DNA of 54,324 bases from Acidobacteriota bacterium (GCA_029571905.1 JAKPXU010000109.1:1-54324), one strand, 5' to 3'. Shown: positions 1 through 11,559, counted from the stretch's first letter. Notes: generated by a model not told the origin, from the sequence alone. Numbers and translations: made by a program.

Positions 1-2
1 AT

Positions 3-368
3 CAGCCAGTTATTGGTTTTGGGCCATCGGCTGCCTCTCATCTGACTTCTAACCGCTGGCAAAGTGTCGTTGACCTGAAACTCTGGGCTGAGGCAGTTCT
101 TCAGGGTAAGATGAATCTGGCTGAACATCTCATCTTGAGCCAGGAGACAGCTTTAAAAGAGAAACTCATGTCCGGCCTGCGCCTGGTAGCTGGCGTTGAT
201 TGGGAGCTAATTAAGGAAGAATATTCCAGCCTGGATTTTTTGCCTTATGAAGAAAAAATAATGGAGCTTAGCACCGCTGGCTGTCTCGAGATGGCTGGCA
301 CCAGACTCAGGATTCCTTCTGATCGTTTTCTGGTAACCAATTCTATCCTGAGTGAATTTTTATTCTAA
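3..368 (+). CDS. hemW: C-terminal fragment of a HemW/HemN-like radical SAM heme chaperone (5' end lies outside the window)
   Basis: Frame 3 is open from base 3 (QPVIGFGPSAASHLTSNRWQSV...) and runs into the listed 111..368 ORF. The layout matches the HemN_C tail of HemW-type proteins. Confidence 0.6.
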   Translation, partial: QPVIGFGPSAASHLTSNRWQSVVDLKLWAEAVLQGKMNLAEHLILSQETALKEKLMSGLRLVAGVDWELIKEEYSSLDFLPYEEKIMELSTAGCLEMAGTRLRIPSDRFLVTNSILSEFLF

Positions 369-381
369 TTCATGTCTGTTC

Positions 382-410
382 TTGTCTTTAATCTGCCTCG
401 CCATTAAAAT
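382..410 (+). promoter_or_regulatory. sigma70-like promoter for trxC
   Basis: TTGTCT (382-387), 17-nt spacer, TAAAAT (405-410). A leader of about 25 nt carries the SD GAGGTGA before the ATG at 437. Confidence 0.4.
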
Positions 411-436
411 ATAACAAGAGTAGAGGTGATTGGAAA

Positions 437-877
437 ATGGAAGATAAAAAAGTCAAAGTCAGTTGTCTCAATTGCGGGCAGACCAATTACTATCCGGAGG
501 GAGTTCAGGAGAAAAAAGTTGTCTGCGGACGCTGCCACCGCCCTCTGCCGCAGCCAGGCCAGGTTATCGAGGTGGGGCCGGAGCAGGCCCTTAACCTGAT
601 GTCGGGATCCAGCCTGCCAGTTCTGGTCGATTTCTCCTCGCCAACCTGTGGTCCCTGCCAGATGATGGCTCCTGTTCTTGAGCGATTGGCTAAAAGACGG
701 GCTGGAGAAATCATGGTCATTAAAGTTGATGTTGATAAATATCCTGAGCTGGCTGCCAGATTCAGTATTCAGGCCGTTCCTACTTTCTTTATCTTTCATC
801 GCGGTGCCGAAAGAGGAAGAACAGCCGGGGCTATGCCTGAAACGGATCTGGCCTTGTGGGTCGCAAAATTAGCCTGA
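437..877 (+). CDS. trxC: thioredoxin 2-type thioredoxin with N-terminal zinc finger
   Basis: N-terminal CLNCG...CGRC zinc-finger pattern followed by a thioredoxin fold with a CGPC active site (SSPTCGPCQMMAP) and AVPTFFIF. Confidence 0.9.
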   Translation: MEDKKVKVSCLNCGQTNYYPEGVQEKKVVCGRCHRPLPQPGQVIEVGPEQALNLMSGSSLPVLVDFSSPTCGPCQMMAPVLERLAKRRAGEIMVIKVDVDKYPELAARFSIQAVPTFFIFHRGAERGRTAGAMPETDLALWVAKLA

Positions 878-921
878 GCTAATTGATTTATTTTTTGAAA
901 AGCCTGGTTTGAAAAAAGAAA

Positions 922-1009
922 TGCCGAAGAGGGGACTCGAACCCCTACTCCCATTTTTGCGGGAACTAGCCCCTCAAGCTAGCGTGTCTGCCAATTCCAC
1001 CACTTCGGC
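922..1009 (-). tRNA. tRNA-Leu (anticodon GAG)
   Basis: The reverse complement folds as a cloverleaf. Acceptor GCCGAAG/CTTCGGC; anticodon stem CTAGC/GCTAG with loop TTGAGGG; long variable arm (CCCGCAAAAATGGG); T arm AGGGG-TTCGAGT-CCCCT; discriminator A. No CCA is encoded. Confidence 0.9.
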
Positions 1010-1023
1010 ATAAAATTAAGCGG

Positions 1024-1416
1024 TTACTTTTTGGTCTGATCTGTCCCGGCCGGTTCTGTCTGAGTCTGATCGGCTGGTTTATTGGTCTCAGCAGGTACAG
1101 TTTGACTGGCTGGAGATTTTTCTTCTGCTTTTTTCTGGGTCTCGGCCGCTGCGGGCTGGGGCGGAATGTCTTTGGCCACCGAGGCAGTCTTACCAGATAA
1201 AATCCATAACCCGATTGAAGTCAGCATAAATAGAACAGCACAGACTGTTGTAATCTTGCTGAGAATAGTCTGGCTACTGCGGGGTCCAAAAGCTGTCTGG
1301 CTGCCAGCTCCGCCAAAAGCCCCGGCCAGGTCAGCCGCTTTGCCCGACTGAAGTAGAACAGCCAGAATCAACACAATACAGATAATTACATGGACGATAA
1401 TCAATAAAGTTGTCAC
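1024..1416 (-). CDS. secG: preprotein translocase subunit SecG with a long Pro/Ala/Thr/Gln-rich C-terminal tail
   Basis: [26 protein letters not shown] is the SecG signature, with two TM segments. GTG start directly after the tpiA stop, in the conserved tpiA-secG synteny. Confidence 0.85.
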   Translation of the reverse strand: MTTLLIIVHVIICIVLILAVLLQSGKAADLAGAFGGAGSQTAFGPRSSQTILSKITTVCAVLFMLTSIGLWILSGKTASVAKDIPPQPAAAETQKKAEEKSPASQTVPAETNKPADQTQTEPAGTDQTKK

Positions 1417-1418
1417 TT

Positions 1419-2198
1419 CTATCCCTCGTCTGCCCGGCAGGCTTCCCTGACTATGCCCACAAAAGACTCTGCCTGAAGAGAAGCACCACCGACTAAAAAT
1501 CCATCGACGTCCTTTTCTTTTATCAAATAAAAAGCATTGGCCGGTTTAACCGAGCCACCGTAGAGGATTATAGCACAGGCTGATAGCTCTTGACCATAGT
1601 TTCCGGCAATTAATTGTCGAATGTAACTATGAACTTCTTCGGCCTGTTCAGGAGTAGCATTCTGTCCGGTGCCGATAGCCCAGATCGGTTCGTAAGCCAG
1701 AATGACCCGGCTGAAGTCTTCGGCCGGCAAACCAAAGAGACTATTTTCCAGCTGGCTTTTTATCTTTTTAAGTGTCTCCCCACTTTTCCTTTCTTCCAAA
1801 TTTTCGCCAATGCAGACAATAGGCCTCAGATCGTGGCGGAGTGCGGCCAGGATTTTTTTCTTAACCGTTTCATCCGTTTCGCCGAAATACTGCCTTCTTT
1901 CTGAATGGCCAACAATAACAACATCGCAACCGGCTTCTTTTAATTGACGAGCAGAAATTTCACCAGTAAAAGCTCCTTCTTCCTCCCAGAAAAGATCTTG
2001 ACCGCCGACCAGCAGGCGGCTGCCGCTGACCGTTTTTTTAACTTCCTGGATAGCAGTAAAAGGTGGAATCAGAATAAGACTGGCTTCTCCCAGAGAAGCG
2101 GCCTGGCTGACAATTTCCGAGGCTAATTGCCTGGCCTCGTCTATTGTTTTATGCATTTTCCAGTTGCCCGCCACTACCGGTCTGGTCAATTTTTCCAT
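1419..2198 (-). CDS. tpiA: triosephosphate isomerase
   Basis: [28 protein letters not shown] and GGASL motifs. SD GGGAG lies upstream. Confidence 0.95.
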   Translation of the reverse strand: MEKLTRPVVAGNWKMHKTIDEARQLASEIVSQAASLGEASLILIPPFTAIQEVKKTVSGSRLLVGGQDLFWEEEGAFTGEISARQLKEAGCDVVIVGHSERRQYFGETDETVKKKILAALRHDLRPIVCIGENLEERKSGETLKKIKSQLENSLFGLPAEDFSRVILAYEPIWAIGTGQNATPEQAEEVHSYIRQLIAGNYGQELSACAIILYGGSVKPANAFYLIKEKDVDGFLVGGASLQAESFVGIVREACRADEG

Positions 2199-2229
2199 TG
2201 TTCTTACTCCCGTTACAATTTGCGAATGT

Positions 2230-3408
2230 CTACTTTAGAGCTTCAATGCCTGGCAGGGTGCCATAAGCAATGTATTCAAGCGAAGCTCCGCCGCCTGTCG
2301 AGAGATGGCTGATGCGGTCAGCTACACCTGTCTGATGGATGGCAGCAATGGAGTCTCCACCGCCTACCACTGAAAATGCACCTGACTCAGCTACTGCTTT
2401 AGCTATTTCCACCGTTCCTCTGGAAAAGGCTTTTATCTCAAAAACACCCAGAGGCCCGTTCCAGAAAATAGTTTTAGCTGATTTAATGTATTTTTCATAT
2501 TCAGCGATGGTCTTCGGACCGATATCAACACCTATCAGATTATCAGGAAATGGATAAAAATCGGCCACCAGGGCTATTTCCTGGCTATCAAGAGCGGTGG
2601 TAAGAACATGGTCAAGAGGAAGAATGAACTTTACTCCACTGCTCTCGGCTTTTTTCATAATATCAGCCGCAATCTGAAGTTTATCTTCTTCTACCAGGGA
2701 TTTACCCACCCCCTTACCCTGAGCCTTAAGGAAAGTGTAGGCCATCGCCCCGCCAATCAGTAAAACATCAGATTTATTGACCAGGCTTTCCAGGACAGGA
2801 ATCTTATCTTCAATTTTTGCCCCGCCCAGGATGGCCACATATGGTTTTTCGGGGTTATGGGTTACCCGGCTGAGATGTTCCACTTCTTTTTTGAGAAGGA
2901 AACCGGCAGCTTTGTCTGTAATGTAAGCTGTGATTCCTACGACTGACGCGTGTGGGCGATGACAGGAGCCAAAAGCATCATTGACAAAAACCTGGCAGCC
3001 CTCAGCCAGCTTTTTAGAAAACTCAGGGTCGTTATCTGTTTCCTGCTTGTAAAACCTCACATTTTCCAGAAGCAGCAGCTCGCCCTCTTTCAGGCTGGTT
3101 TTCAGCCGCTCAACTTCTGGTCCGATAACATCAGTGGCCATAATGACGTTGGTTCCAGGCAGCAGCTCTCTCAGCCGATCGGCCACCGGCTTAAGGCTCA
3201 TTTTGGGGTTGAATTGACCCTTTGGCCGTCCCAGATGAGAAGCAACCACTAACCGGGCACCTTTTTCCAGCAGATACTTGATAGTGGGAAGTGAAGCCTG
3301 AATTCTTGTTTCATCCCTGATCTTGAGGTTTTCATCCAGTGGTACATTAAAATCAACCCGCAGAAAAACGACCTTGCCTTTGACGTCTATATCTTCCAGG
3401 AACTTCAT
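2230..3408 (-). CDS. pgk: phosphoglycerate kinase
   Basis: VFLRVDFNVP, ASHLGRPKG and STGGGASLE motifs. Start moved to the second ATG (MKFLED), which is preceded by GGAGGG at a 4-nt spacing. Confidence 0.95.
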   Translation of the reverse strand: MKFLEDIDVKGKVVFLRVDFNVPLDENLKIRDETRIQASLPTIKYLLEKGARLVVASHLGRPKGQFNPKMSLKPVADRLRELLPGTNVIMATDVIGPEVERLKTSLKEGELLLLENVRFYKQETDNDPEFSKKLAEGCQVFVNDAFGSCHRPHASVVGITAYITDKAAGFLLKKEVEHLSRVTHNPEKPYVAILGGAKIEDKIPVLESLVNKSDVLLIGGAMAYTFLKAQGKGVGKSLVEEDKLQIAADIMKKAESSGVKFILPLDHVLTTALDSQEIALVADFYPFPDNLIGVDIGPKTIAEYEKYIKSAKTIFWNGPLGVFEIKAFSRGTVEIAKAVAESGAFSVVGGGDSIAAIHQTGVADRISHLSTGGGASLEYIAYGTLPGIEALK

Positions 3409-3425
3409 GCTGCCCTCCATTCGCC

Positions 3426-4490
<1,065 letters not shown>

Positions 4491-4582
4491 TCAAGGTTTA
4501 ACTGGACTTGAATTGTCGTAAAATCTGTTATCTACAGTCTGATTTTATGATAAAATTTTTCTCTCAAAAGAAGAGGTATAAA

Positions 4583-6166
4583 ATGAAAATTCTAACTGCT
4601 GCTCAGATGAGAGAAATTGATCGCCAGGCCATAGAAGAACTAGGGCTTCCCGGGCTCGTCTTGATGGAAAATGCCGGCCGAGAAGTGGCCAATCTTATCT
4701 TGAACGAGCTCGAAATTGACCCGGACTGGCCGGTTCTGGTTATTGCCGGAAAAGGGAATAATGGGGGAGATGGTCTGGTGGCTGCCCGCCATCTTGTTAA
4801 TCAGGGAGCTACCTGTGAAGTGCTTCTCCTCGGCCGGCAAGACGAGGTCAGAGGTGAGGCCCTGATTAATCTCGAGATCGCCAGGAAAATCGGTATAAAA
4901 ATAACCGAGGTTCCGACCGAGACTCTGTGGGATAAAAATCGCCATTTACTGAAGGAATCAACCGTTATCATTGATGCCATGTTTGGCACAGGTTTATCAA
5001 ATCCTCTGACCGGACTGATGGCCCGGGTTGTTGGGGACATAAATAATTCGGGGGCACTGGTCGTCTCTGTTGATATCCCCTCGGGTCTCTCAGCTGATAG
5101 TTTCGAAGTCATTGGCCCGACGGTCAAGGCTGATTTTACTGTGACTATGGCTTCACCCAAAATTGCTCATATTTTCCCGCCAGCTGAGGATTATGTTGGT
5201 GAGCTCTATCTGGCTGATATCGGGGTTCCTCCTTCTCTCTTTGAGCGGCCAGATTTTTCTCTGGAACTGGTAGAAGTAAATTCTCTTCAACCCTATTTTG
5301 GTCCTCGTGTCAGGAACTCTCACAAAGGAAATTACGGCCATCTGTTGATTCTGGCCGGATCCTTTGGCAAAACCGGAGCAGCGGCCATGGCTGGCCAGTC
5401 GGCTCTGAAAATGGGTGCTGGTCTGGTAACTGTAGCTACGGCCGAGAGTTGCCTGCCGATAGTGGCCAGAACAATGCCAGAATTGATGACCGAACCTCTG
5501 CCTGAAACTCCCTCCAGAACTATTTCCAGCCAGGCTCTCGGGCGGGTGATGGAGCTTCTGGAAGGAAAGGATGCCTTGCTCCTTGGTCCAGGGCTGTCTA
5601 CTCATCCCGAAACGTCCTTCCTGGTTTTAAATTTACTGGAGAGAATAAAAAATGCCACTATTCCGGTCATTGTTGACGCTGATGGGCTGAACATCATTTC
5701 CACCCGGCCAGAAATTCTGTCATCACTTCCCGAAAAAACAGTTCTGACTCCTCATCCAGGTGAGTTTTCCAGATTGTCTGGAATTTCAACCGCAGAAGCT
5801 CTGCGGCGGCGGCTCCAGGTGGTGCCTGGTCTGGCCCGAAAATACAGAGTCCATCTGGTATTTAAAGGCTATAAAACGCTTGTTGTTTCACCTGAAGGGA
5901 CAACTTATGTTAATCCAACTGGCAACCCAGGTATGGCTTCAGGCGGCAGTGGTGATGTGCTCTCTGGCTTTATAGCTTCGGAGGTCATACAAACGAAAGA
6001 ACTTACCCGGGCGGTGGTTAATGCTGTTTATGTCCATGGACTGAGCGGCGATTTAGCCGCAGCCGAAATAGGGGAGAGACCCTTGACTGCTACCGATATT
6101 ATTCATTATTTACCGCAGGCCCTTTCTTTTATTATCAGAGGTGGGCAGAATGATGAAGATTGGTAG
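4583..6166 (+). CDS. nnr: bifunctional NAD(P)H-hydrate repair enzyme (epimerase / ADP-dependent dehydratase)
   Basis: YjeF_N motif GKGNNGGDGLVAARHL, plus the C-terminal carbohydrate-kinase part (GPGLS, GSGDVLSG). ATG at 4583 is preceded by AAGAGG. Confidence 0.9.
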   Translation: MKILTAAQMREIDRQAIEELGLPGLVLMENAGREVANLILNELEIDPDWPVLVIAGKGNNGGDGLVAARHLVNQGATCEVLLLGRQDEVRGEALINLEIARKIGIKITEVPTETLWDKNRHLLKESTVIIDAMFGTGLSNPLTGLMARVVGDINNSGALVVSVDIPSGLSADSFEVIGPTVKADFTVTMASPKIAHIFPPAEDYVGELYLADIGVPPSLFERPDFSLELVEVNSLQPYFGPRVRNSHKGNYGHLLILAGSFGKTGAAAMAGQSALKMGAGLVTVATAESCLPIVARTMPELMTEPLPETPSRTISSQALGRVMELLEGKDALLLGPGLSTHPETSFLVLNLLERIKNATIPVIVDADGLNIISTRPEILSSLPEKTVLTPHPGEFSRLSGISTAEALRRRLQVVPGLARKYRVHLVFKGYKTLVVSPEGTTYVNPTGNPGMASGGSGDVLSGFIASEVIQTKELTRAVVNAVYVHGLSGDLAAAEIGERPLTATDIIHYLPQALSFIIRGGQNDEDW

Positions 6167-6638
6167 CTGCGATTTAACTCTCCTGTCCCGTTCGGAAGAG
6201 GAGACCTTTGAGCTGGCCAGAAAACTGGGCCAGACTCTTCAAGGGGAGGAAGTGATTCTGCTCATTGGCGAACTGGGAGCTGGAAAGACTTTAATGGTTG
6301 CTGGACTGGCTGCCGGCCTGGGCGTAAATGAACAGACCTATGTTTGCAGTCCGTCTTTTACCTTGATTAATGTCTATCAAGGACGAGTGACCCTCTATCA
6401 TCTGGATCTTTACCGGTTATCTGACCCGGAAGAAATAGTTGATCTGGGACTGGAGGACCTGCTGGGCAGTGGGATAGTGGCTATTGAATGGGCGGAAAAA
6501 TTACCCTATGAAATTAAAGGGGTTAAGGTTATAAAAATTTTTATCGAAGTCATTAATGAAGACCAGCGCCGAATAACCATTTCTGGCTTGGAGCCCGAAT
6601 CTGATTTCATTGGTGGTCAGGATAGCGGGAAAAATTGA
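6150..6638 (+). CDS. tsaE: tRNA threonylcarbamoyladenosine biosynthesis ATPase TsaE
   Basis: P-loop GELGAGKT, SPSFTLINVY, HLDLYRL and EW motifs. It overlaps the end of nnr, so translational coupling is likely. Confidence 0.85.
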   Translation: MMKIGSCDLTLLSRSEEETFELARKLGQTLQGEEVILLIGELGAGKTLMVAGLAAGLGVNEQTYVCSPSFTLINVYQGRVTLYHLDLYRLSDPEEIVDLGLEDLLGSGIVAIEWAEKLPYEIKGVKVIKIFIEVINEDQRRITISGLEPESDFIGGQDSGKN

Positions 6639-6752
6639 CCAGCCGGGCAACTGGCCGGTGAGAGTATGATTAAGCTATTTTGGTTTGAAAACAAATTTTG
6701 CGATGTGTCAAGTTGACGGACAGACAATTTTTTAATTGAAAGGATGGGCATC

Positions 6753-7280
6753 ATGTTAGACCTTAAATCAATGATTGTTGATGTTCCTGATTTTCCCAAG
6801 AAGGGAGTGGTCTTTAAGGATTTGACACCGGTTATCCAGGACCGGCTGGCCTTCAATCAGGTGATTGATGATCTGGCAGAAATAGCCAGGAAGTATTCGC
6901 CGGACAGAATTACGGCTGTCGAATCGCGGGGTTTTATTTTTGGAGCGGCTCTGGCCCGGGATCTTAAGCTTGGTTTTAGCTTGATCAGGAAAAAGGGTAA
7001 GCTTCCCCGGAAAACCGTTACTATCCTGGCTCCCAACGAGTATGCTGTCGAATATTTCGAGGCCCATGTGGACAGCGTCAGGCCGGGAGAAAAGGTGATC
7101 ATTGTTGATGATTTGATTGCCACCGGTTCTTCCGGTATCAGTGCCATCGAGATAGTGGAACAACTGGGAGGGCAGGTGGCGGCTTTTGAATCAGTAGTTG
7201 AACTGACTTCGCTCAAGGGCGTTAGCCGAATGAGAGCTGCTCATCCTGAAGTTCCTGTTTATACCCTGATTAAATTTTGA
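6753..7280 (+). CDS. apt: adenine phosphoribosyltransferase
   Basis: DFPKKGVVFKDLTP and the PRPP loop VIIVDDLIATGSS. The N-terminus MLDLKS fits Apt homologues, and the SD AAGGA is correctly spaced for this ATG. Confidence 0.9.
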   Translation: MLDLKSMIVDVPDFPKKGVVFKDLTPVIQDRLAFNQVIDDLAEIARKYSPDRITAVESRGFIFGAALARDLKLGFSLIRKKGKLPRKTVTILAPNEYAVEYFEAHVDSVRPGEKVIIVDDLIATGSSGISAIEIVEQLGGQVAAFESVVELTSLKGVSRMRAAHPEVPVYTLIKF

Positions 7281-7358
7281 AGGATCAGGCTGGATATTGC
7301 CTGGCCCGGGCATAAGAAAACTGACTAAAAACTTCCTGTCTCAAATGGAGGCGAGAGA

Positions 7359-8684
7359 ATGAAGTCCTGGTTGGAAAAAACCTTTCACCTGAAGGAAAAC
7401 CAGACCGATGTCAGAACAGAATTTCTTGGTGGACTGACCACCTTCATGACGATGTCCTACATCATTTTTGTCCAGCCAGCTATTATGGGCGGAATTGGGA
7501 TGGATGCTGGAGCGGTGATGGTGGCGACCTGTTTAGCCAGTGCGGTTGCTACTCTGCTTACCGGCTTACTGACTAATTATCCTATTGCTCAGGCGCCAGC
7601 CATGGGTCACAATGTTTTCTTTGCGGTTACTGTCTGTGGTCTGATGGGTTATACCTGGCAGGTGGCGCTTGGGGCCAATTTTATCTCCGGGTGCCTTTTT
7701 ACACTCCTGGCTTTGCTGGGAGTGGCTGGCCAGCTGGTGGATATTGTTCCCGAGTCACTGAAACAGGGCATCGCCGCGGGCATCGGATTGCTCATTGCCC
7801 TGATCGGTCTTGAATACGCTGGTATCGTGGTTGCTACCCCTGGTGTCTTGATTGGCCTGGGTCACCTGGGCAGTAGGCCGGTACTCGTAGCCCTATTCGG
7901 ATTGGTCGTGGCGGCTGTTCTTATGGCCAGAAGAATTCCTGGAGCCTTACTCTGGGGGATCCTTTCTTCGGCTCTTCTCGGATTGGCTCTGGGAGTGGTT
8001 AAATTCCATGGTCTGTTTTCTGCTCCCCCTTCTCTTTCCCCAACATTTTTGAAGCTGGATATCAGCGTGGCCCTAAAGGGGGGATTGATTCCGATTATTT
8101 TTGTCTTTTTCTTTCTGGATGTGTTTGACACAGTTGGGACGCTGGTCGGGGTGTGCGGCCCGGCCGGCTTCTTCAAGGGAAAAAAACTACCACGGGCCAA
8201 TGAGGCCATGCTGGCCGATGCTGTAGGTACTGTCACTGCAACGCTACTAGGAACTTCCACGGTCAGCAGCTATGTGGAAAGCTCGACCGGTATTGCCCAG
8301 GGAGCGCGGACCGGACTGGCTAATGTTTTTACCTCAATATTTTTTCTGGCTACTTTGTTTTTGAGCCCACTGGCTGAAATGATCGGCGGAAGCTATGTGG
8401 CTGACGGTCAGGTGCTGCATCCCGTAATTGCTCCAGCCCTCATCATCGTTGGTTTCATGATGACAAAGACTCTGAGCCGGATCGACTGGGAAGACATAAC
8501 TGAGGCTATACCGGCCTTTTTGACGCTGGTAGTTACGCCGCTGACTGTTAGTATCACTGATGGCCTGGCCTTTGGCTTTATCAGCTATTCGCTACTAAAA
8601 ATATTTAAAGGAGAGGGTAAAAAGGTCCACTGGTTGGTCTATCTTATATCTCTGCTGCTTCTGGCCAGATATTTTTTGGACTAG
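7359..8684 (+). CDS. NCS2/AzgA-family purine (adenine/guanine/hypoxanthine) permease
   Basis: A polytopic membrane protein with the AzgA/PbuG-type N-terminus VRTEFLGGLTTFMTMSYIIFVQP. It is adjacent to apt. Confidence 0.8.
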   Translation: MKSWLEKTFHLKENQTDVRTEFLGGLTTFMTMSYIIFVQPAIMGGIGMDAGAVMVATCLASAVATLLTGLLTNYPIAQAPAMGHNVFFAVTVCGLMGYTWQVALGANFISGCLFTLLALLGVAGQLVDIVPESLKQGIAAGIGLLIALIGLEYAGIVVATPGVLIGLGHLGSRPVLVALFGLVVAAVLMARRIPGALLWGILSSALLGLALGVVKFHGLFSAPPSLSPTFLKLDISVALKGGLIPIIFVFFFLDVFDTVGTLVGVCGPAGFFKGKKLPRANEAMLADAVGTVTATLLGTSTVSSYVESSTGIAQGARTGLANVFTSIFFLATLFLSPLAEMIGGSYVADGQVLHPVIAPALIIVGFMMTKTLSRIDWEDITEAIPAFLTLVVTPLTVSITDGLAFGFISYSLLKIFKGEGKKVHWLVYLISLLLLARYFLD

Positions 8685-8794
8685 GTGAACTGGAAAGAGA
8701 GCCAGGTTGATGGTAAGTTAATGCACTGGCTGGCTTTTAGAACCAATGATTTTAAAGAAAATAGATTATGAGTTAATTCTGATAGGGGAGTGAG

Positions 8795-10567
8795 ATGAAC
8801 TTAAAATTAAGCCCGAAAAGTTTAATTCCTACTATTTTAGTAGTGTTTATGGCCAGCTGTCTGACCACGGTTAGACCGGTCGGGGAATCGGGTCTGGCGA
8901 CCGACCAGCAAAAATGGATCGAAAAGACCATCAAAAAAATGAGCCTGGAGGAAAAGATCGGACAGCTTATAGTTGTCCGCTATCACGGGGAATTCTATAA
9001 CCGACAGGATGAAGATTTTAAGCAGCTGGAACGGCTCGTCCACGATTACCATCTCGGTGGATTGATCCTTTTTGGCGGGGAACCACTGGAGACCGCCTAT
9101 TTTACCAACCATTTTCAGCGTCTGTCTAGAGTCCCTCTTCTTATTGCTTCGGATCTGGAAAGAGGCACTGGCAATCAGGTGACAGGATCGACTCTCTTCC
9201 CGCCGCTCATGGCCCTGGGCGCGACCGGCTCAGAAAAACTGGCTTATGAGATGGGCAGGATTACGGCCATCGAGGGTCGGGCTCTTGGCATCCATATGAC
9301 TTATGCCCCGGTGGTTGATGTTAATATCAATCCGGATAATCCGATCATAAATACCAGATCAGCCGGCGAAGACCCGGAGCTGGTGGCTCGCTTGACAGGA
9401 GCTTTTATTCAGGGCTGCCAGTCAAATGGCATGATCGCTACAGCCAAGCATTTCCCTGGCCACGGCGACACTGACCAGGATTCTCACAGCCAGTTGCCGG
9501 TCATCAAGGCCGACCTCGATCGGCTGCAAAAAGTTGAACTTTATCCCTTTCAAAAAGCCATAGAGCAGGGAGTAGAAGCTATCATGACCGCCCATCTTTA
9601 TGTTCCTGCCCTTGAACCTGAGCCTGGCCTTCCGGCCACTCTATCGCCGCGCATTTTAACTGATCTGCTCAGGAACAAAATGGGTTTTAAGGGGCTAATT
9701 GTTACTGATGCCCTGGAAATGGCCGGCATCACCCGTTATTATAGCCAGGAAGAAGCGGCTCTGCGGGCTTTAAAGGCTGGCGTTGATCTTCTTCTCCTTC
9801 CCCTTGATCCGATCAAAGTAATCAACTACCTGAAAGAGGCGGTTGGAAAAGGCGAGTTACCTCTGGAGAGGGTGAATGAATCTGTTCGCCGGCTGCTGGC
9901 GGCTAAAGCCAGGCTGGGGCTTAATCGCCAATCTCTGGTTTCTCTTGACCGCTTGCCGCTCGTCCTCGGTCAGCCAGAGTTTAAGAAAATAGCCTGGGAG
10001 ACTTTCGAATCGGCACTGACTCTGGTTAAAAATGATAATAATCTCTTGCCTGTTCAGCCTGAAAAAAAGATTGTGATTCTCTCCCTGAGTAGCGATCCTG
10101 GCAATTTTTATGCTGGCAGAAGATTGGCGACAGCTCTGACCAGCCGGTATCTTTCAGCCCGAACTTTTTATGCCGATGGAGATACCGGTCGGGAAAAATT
10201 AGAAGAGGCTTTGGCTGCTTCTCTTCAGGCTGAGGTGGTTATAGCTGCTCTTTTTTCCAGCCTTCAAGCCGGCAAGGGAAGTGTCGATCTCGAGCCGGCT
10301 CAGATTGAACTTCTTCAGAAAATCAAAGAGGCCGGTCAGCCGGTCATCGCTCTTTCTTTTGGCAGTCCTTATTTTATCCGCCATTTGCCCCAGGTAGATA
10401 GCTATCTCTGCCTTTATCGTAATACACCGGAAACGCAGGAGCTGGCAGCCCGCGCTATTTGTGGCGAGATTGGAATTTCTGGTAAATTACCTGTTTCCAT
10501 CCCGGGACTTTACCCCCGTGGCCACGGAATTACTCTGGAACGAAAAACCACACAGGAGGAAAAATGA
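8795..10567 (+). CDS. glycoside hydrolase family 3 lipoprotein (YbbD/NagZ-like beta-N-acetylhexosaminidase)
   Basis: Lipobox-like signal (VVFMASC), KHFPGHGDTDQDSH, and GLIVTDALEMAG (nucleophile region), plus a C-terminal alpha/beta domain. Confidence 0.8.
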   Translation: MNLKLSPKSLIPTILVVFMASCLTTVRPVGESGLATDQQKWIEKTIKKMSLEEKIGQLIVVRYHGEFYNRQDEDFKQLERLVHDYHLGGLILFGGEPLETAYFTNHFQRLSRVPLLIASDLERGTGNQVTGSTLFPPLMALGATGSEKLAYEMGRITAIEGRALGIHMTYAPVVDVNINPDNPIINTRSAGEDPELVARLTGAFIQGCQSNGMIATAKHFPGHGDTDQDSHSQLPVIKADLDRLQKVELYPFQKAIEQGVEAIMTAHLYVPALEPEPGLPATLSPRILTDLLRNKMGFKGLIVTDALEMAGITRYYSQEEAALRALKAGVDLLLLPLDPIKVINYLKEAVGKGELPLERVNESVRRLLAAKARLGLNRQSLVSLDRLPLVLGQPEFKKIAWETFESALTLVKNDNNLLPVQPEKKIVILSLSSDPGNFYAGRRLATALTSRYLSARTFYADGDTGREKLEEALAASLQAEVVIAALFSSLQAGKGSVDLEPAQIELLQKIKEAGQPVIALSFGSPYFIRHLPQVDSYLCLYRNTPETQELAARAICGEIGISGKLPVSIPGLYPRGHGITLERKTTQEEK

Positions 10568-11559
10568 AATATAAAAATTTTGGCCAGACCGGCCTTAAAA
10601 TTTCAGAGCTCTGTTTTGGAACGATGTCTTTTGGAGTTGAAGCTGATGAAAAAACCTCAGCTCAGATGTTTGCTGCCTGCCGCGAGCAGGGTATTAATAT
10701 CTTTGATTGCGCCGATCTTTATGCCAGGGGCAGGGCCGAAGAAATACTCGGACGATTGATTAAGGACATCCGGGAGGAGGTCATCATTACCAGCAAAGTT
10801 TACTTCCCAACCGGGCCGGATATAAATGCCATGGGAGCTAACCGACGGCACATCATGTATGCGATTGAAGGCAGCCTGCAGCGGCTCCAGACCGACCGCC
10901 TGGATATTTATTTTATCCATCGCTTTGACGACATAACTCCACTCGAGGAGACTCTTCGAGCCCTCGATGACCTTGTCCATCAAGGGAAGGTGGTTTATTT
11001 GGGGTTGAGCAATATGGCTGCCTGGCAGATAGAAAAAGCTCTGGGGATCTCTGCCCTACATGGACTGGCTCCTCTAGCCTGCATTCAGCCCATGTATAAT
11101 CTGGTCAAGCGCCAGGCGGAAGTGGAAATTTTGCCCATGGCTGAGGCCGAAAGGCTTGGCGTCCTGACTTATAGTCCCCTGGCTGGCGGATTGCTCACCG
11201 GAAAATACGGCAAAAACAGGCGGCCATCCTCTGGCCGATTGCTGGAAAATAAAGTCTATCAGACAAGATATCAAGATGAGATGGGTCTGGAGGTAGCTGA
11301 AAAATTTACTGCCCTGGCCGCTGAGCTCGGCTTTAATCCGGTCAGTCTGGCTATCGCCTGGGTAGGCAGCCATCCGGCAGTGACGGCCCCAATTGTCGGG
11401 GCTAGAAATGTCGAACAGCTTAATGATATTTTTGCCGCAACTAAAATAAATATGACCGCAGAACTGCGACAGCAAATCTCCAGCTTATCACCCGAGCCGT
11501 CTCCAGCCACTGACCGCAGTGAAGAAAGAACCGATGTTCACTTTCCAATCAGAAAATAA
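10564..11559 (+). CDS. aldo/keto reductase
   Basis: AKR motifs FDCADLYARGRAEEILG, GLSNMAAWQ and QPMYNL. The ATGA overlap with the GH3 stop suggests translational coupling. Confidence 0.85.
   Translation: MKYKNFGQTGLKISELCFGTMSFGVEADEKTSAQMFAACREQGINIFDCADLYARGRAEEILGRLIKDIREEVIITSKVYFPTGPDINAMGANRRHIMYAIEGSLQRLQTDRLDIYFIHRFDDITPLEETLRALDDLVHQGKVVYLGLSNMAAWQIEKALGISALHGLAPLACIQPMYNLVKRQAEVEILPMAEAERLGVLTYSPLAGGLLTGKYGKNRRPSSGRLLENKVYQTRYQDEMGLEVAEKFTALAAELGFNPVSLAIAWVGSHPAVTAPIVGARNVEQLNDIFAATKINMTAELRQQISSLSPEPSPATDRSEERTDVHFPIRK

Noticed and set aside
404-799. 131-aa ORF antisense to trxC. Similar long antisense ORFs occur at 5153-5605, 22171-22638 and 48203-48772.
   Set aside because: Each lies entirely inside a confidently identified gene on the other strand. 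They have low-complexity or unrecognisable composition, no SD and no motif. This is typical of shadow ORFs.
5884-5898. parS-like sequence TGTTTCACCTGAAGG inside nnr, as a possible binding site for the ParB-like protein.
   Set aside because: It is only a partial match to the TGTTNCACGTGAAACA palindrome, it is not palindromic itself, and it lies inside a coding region 30 kb away. It is probably a chance match.
6639-6752. Purine riboswitch, or a leader peptide (16-aa uORF at 6666-6716), upstream of apt. The permease (7281-7358) and purA (52281-52373) leaders were examined for the same thing.
   Set aside because: No purine-riboswitch core could be recognised (conserved junction and loop sequences are absent). 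The uORF has no supporting feature. The purA leader contains only short alternative hairpins (52319-52349) with no U-tract.
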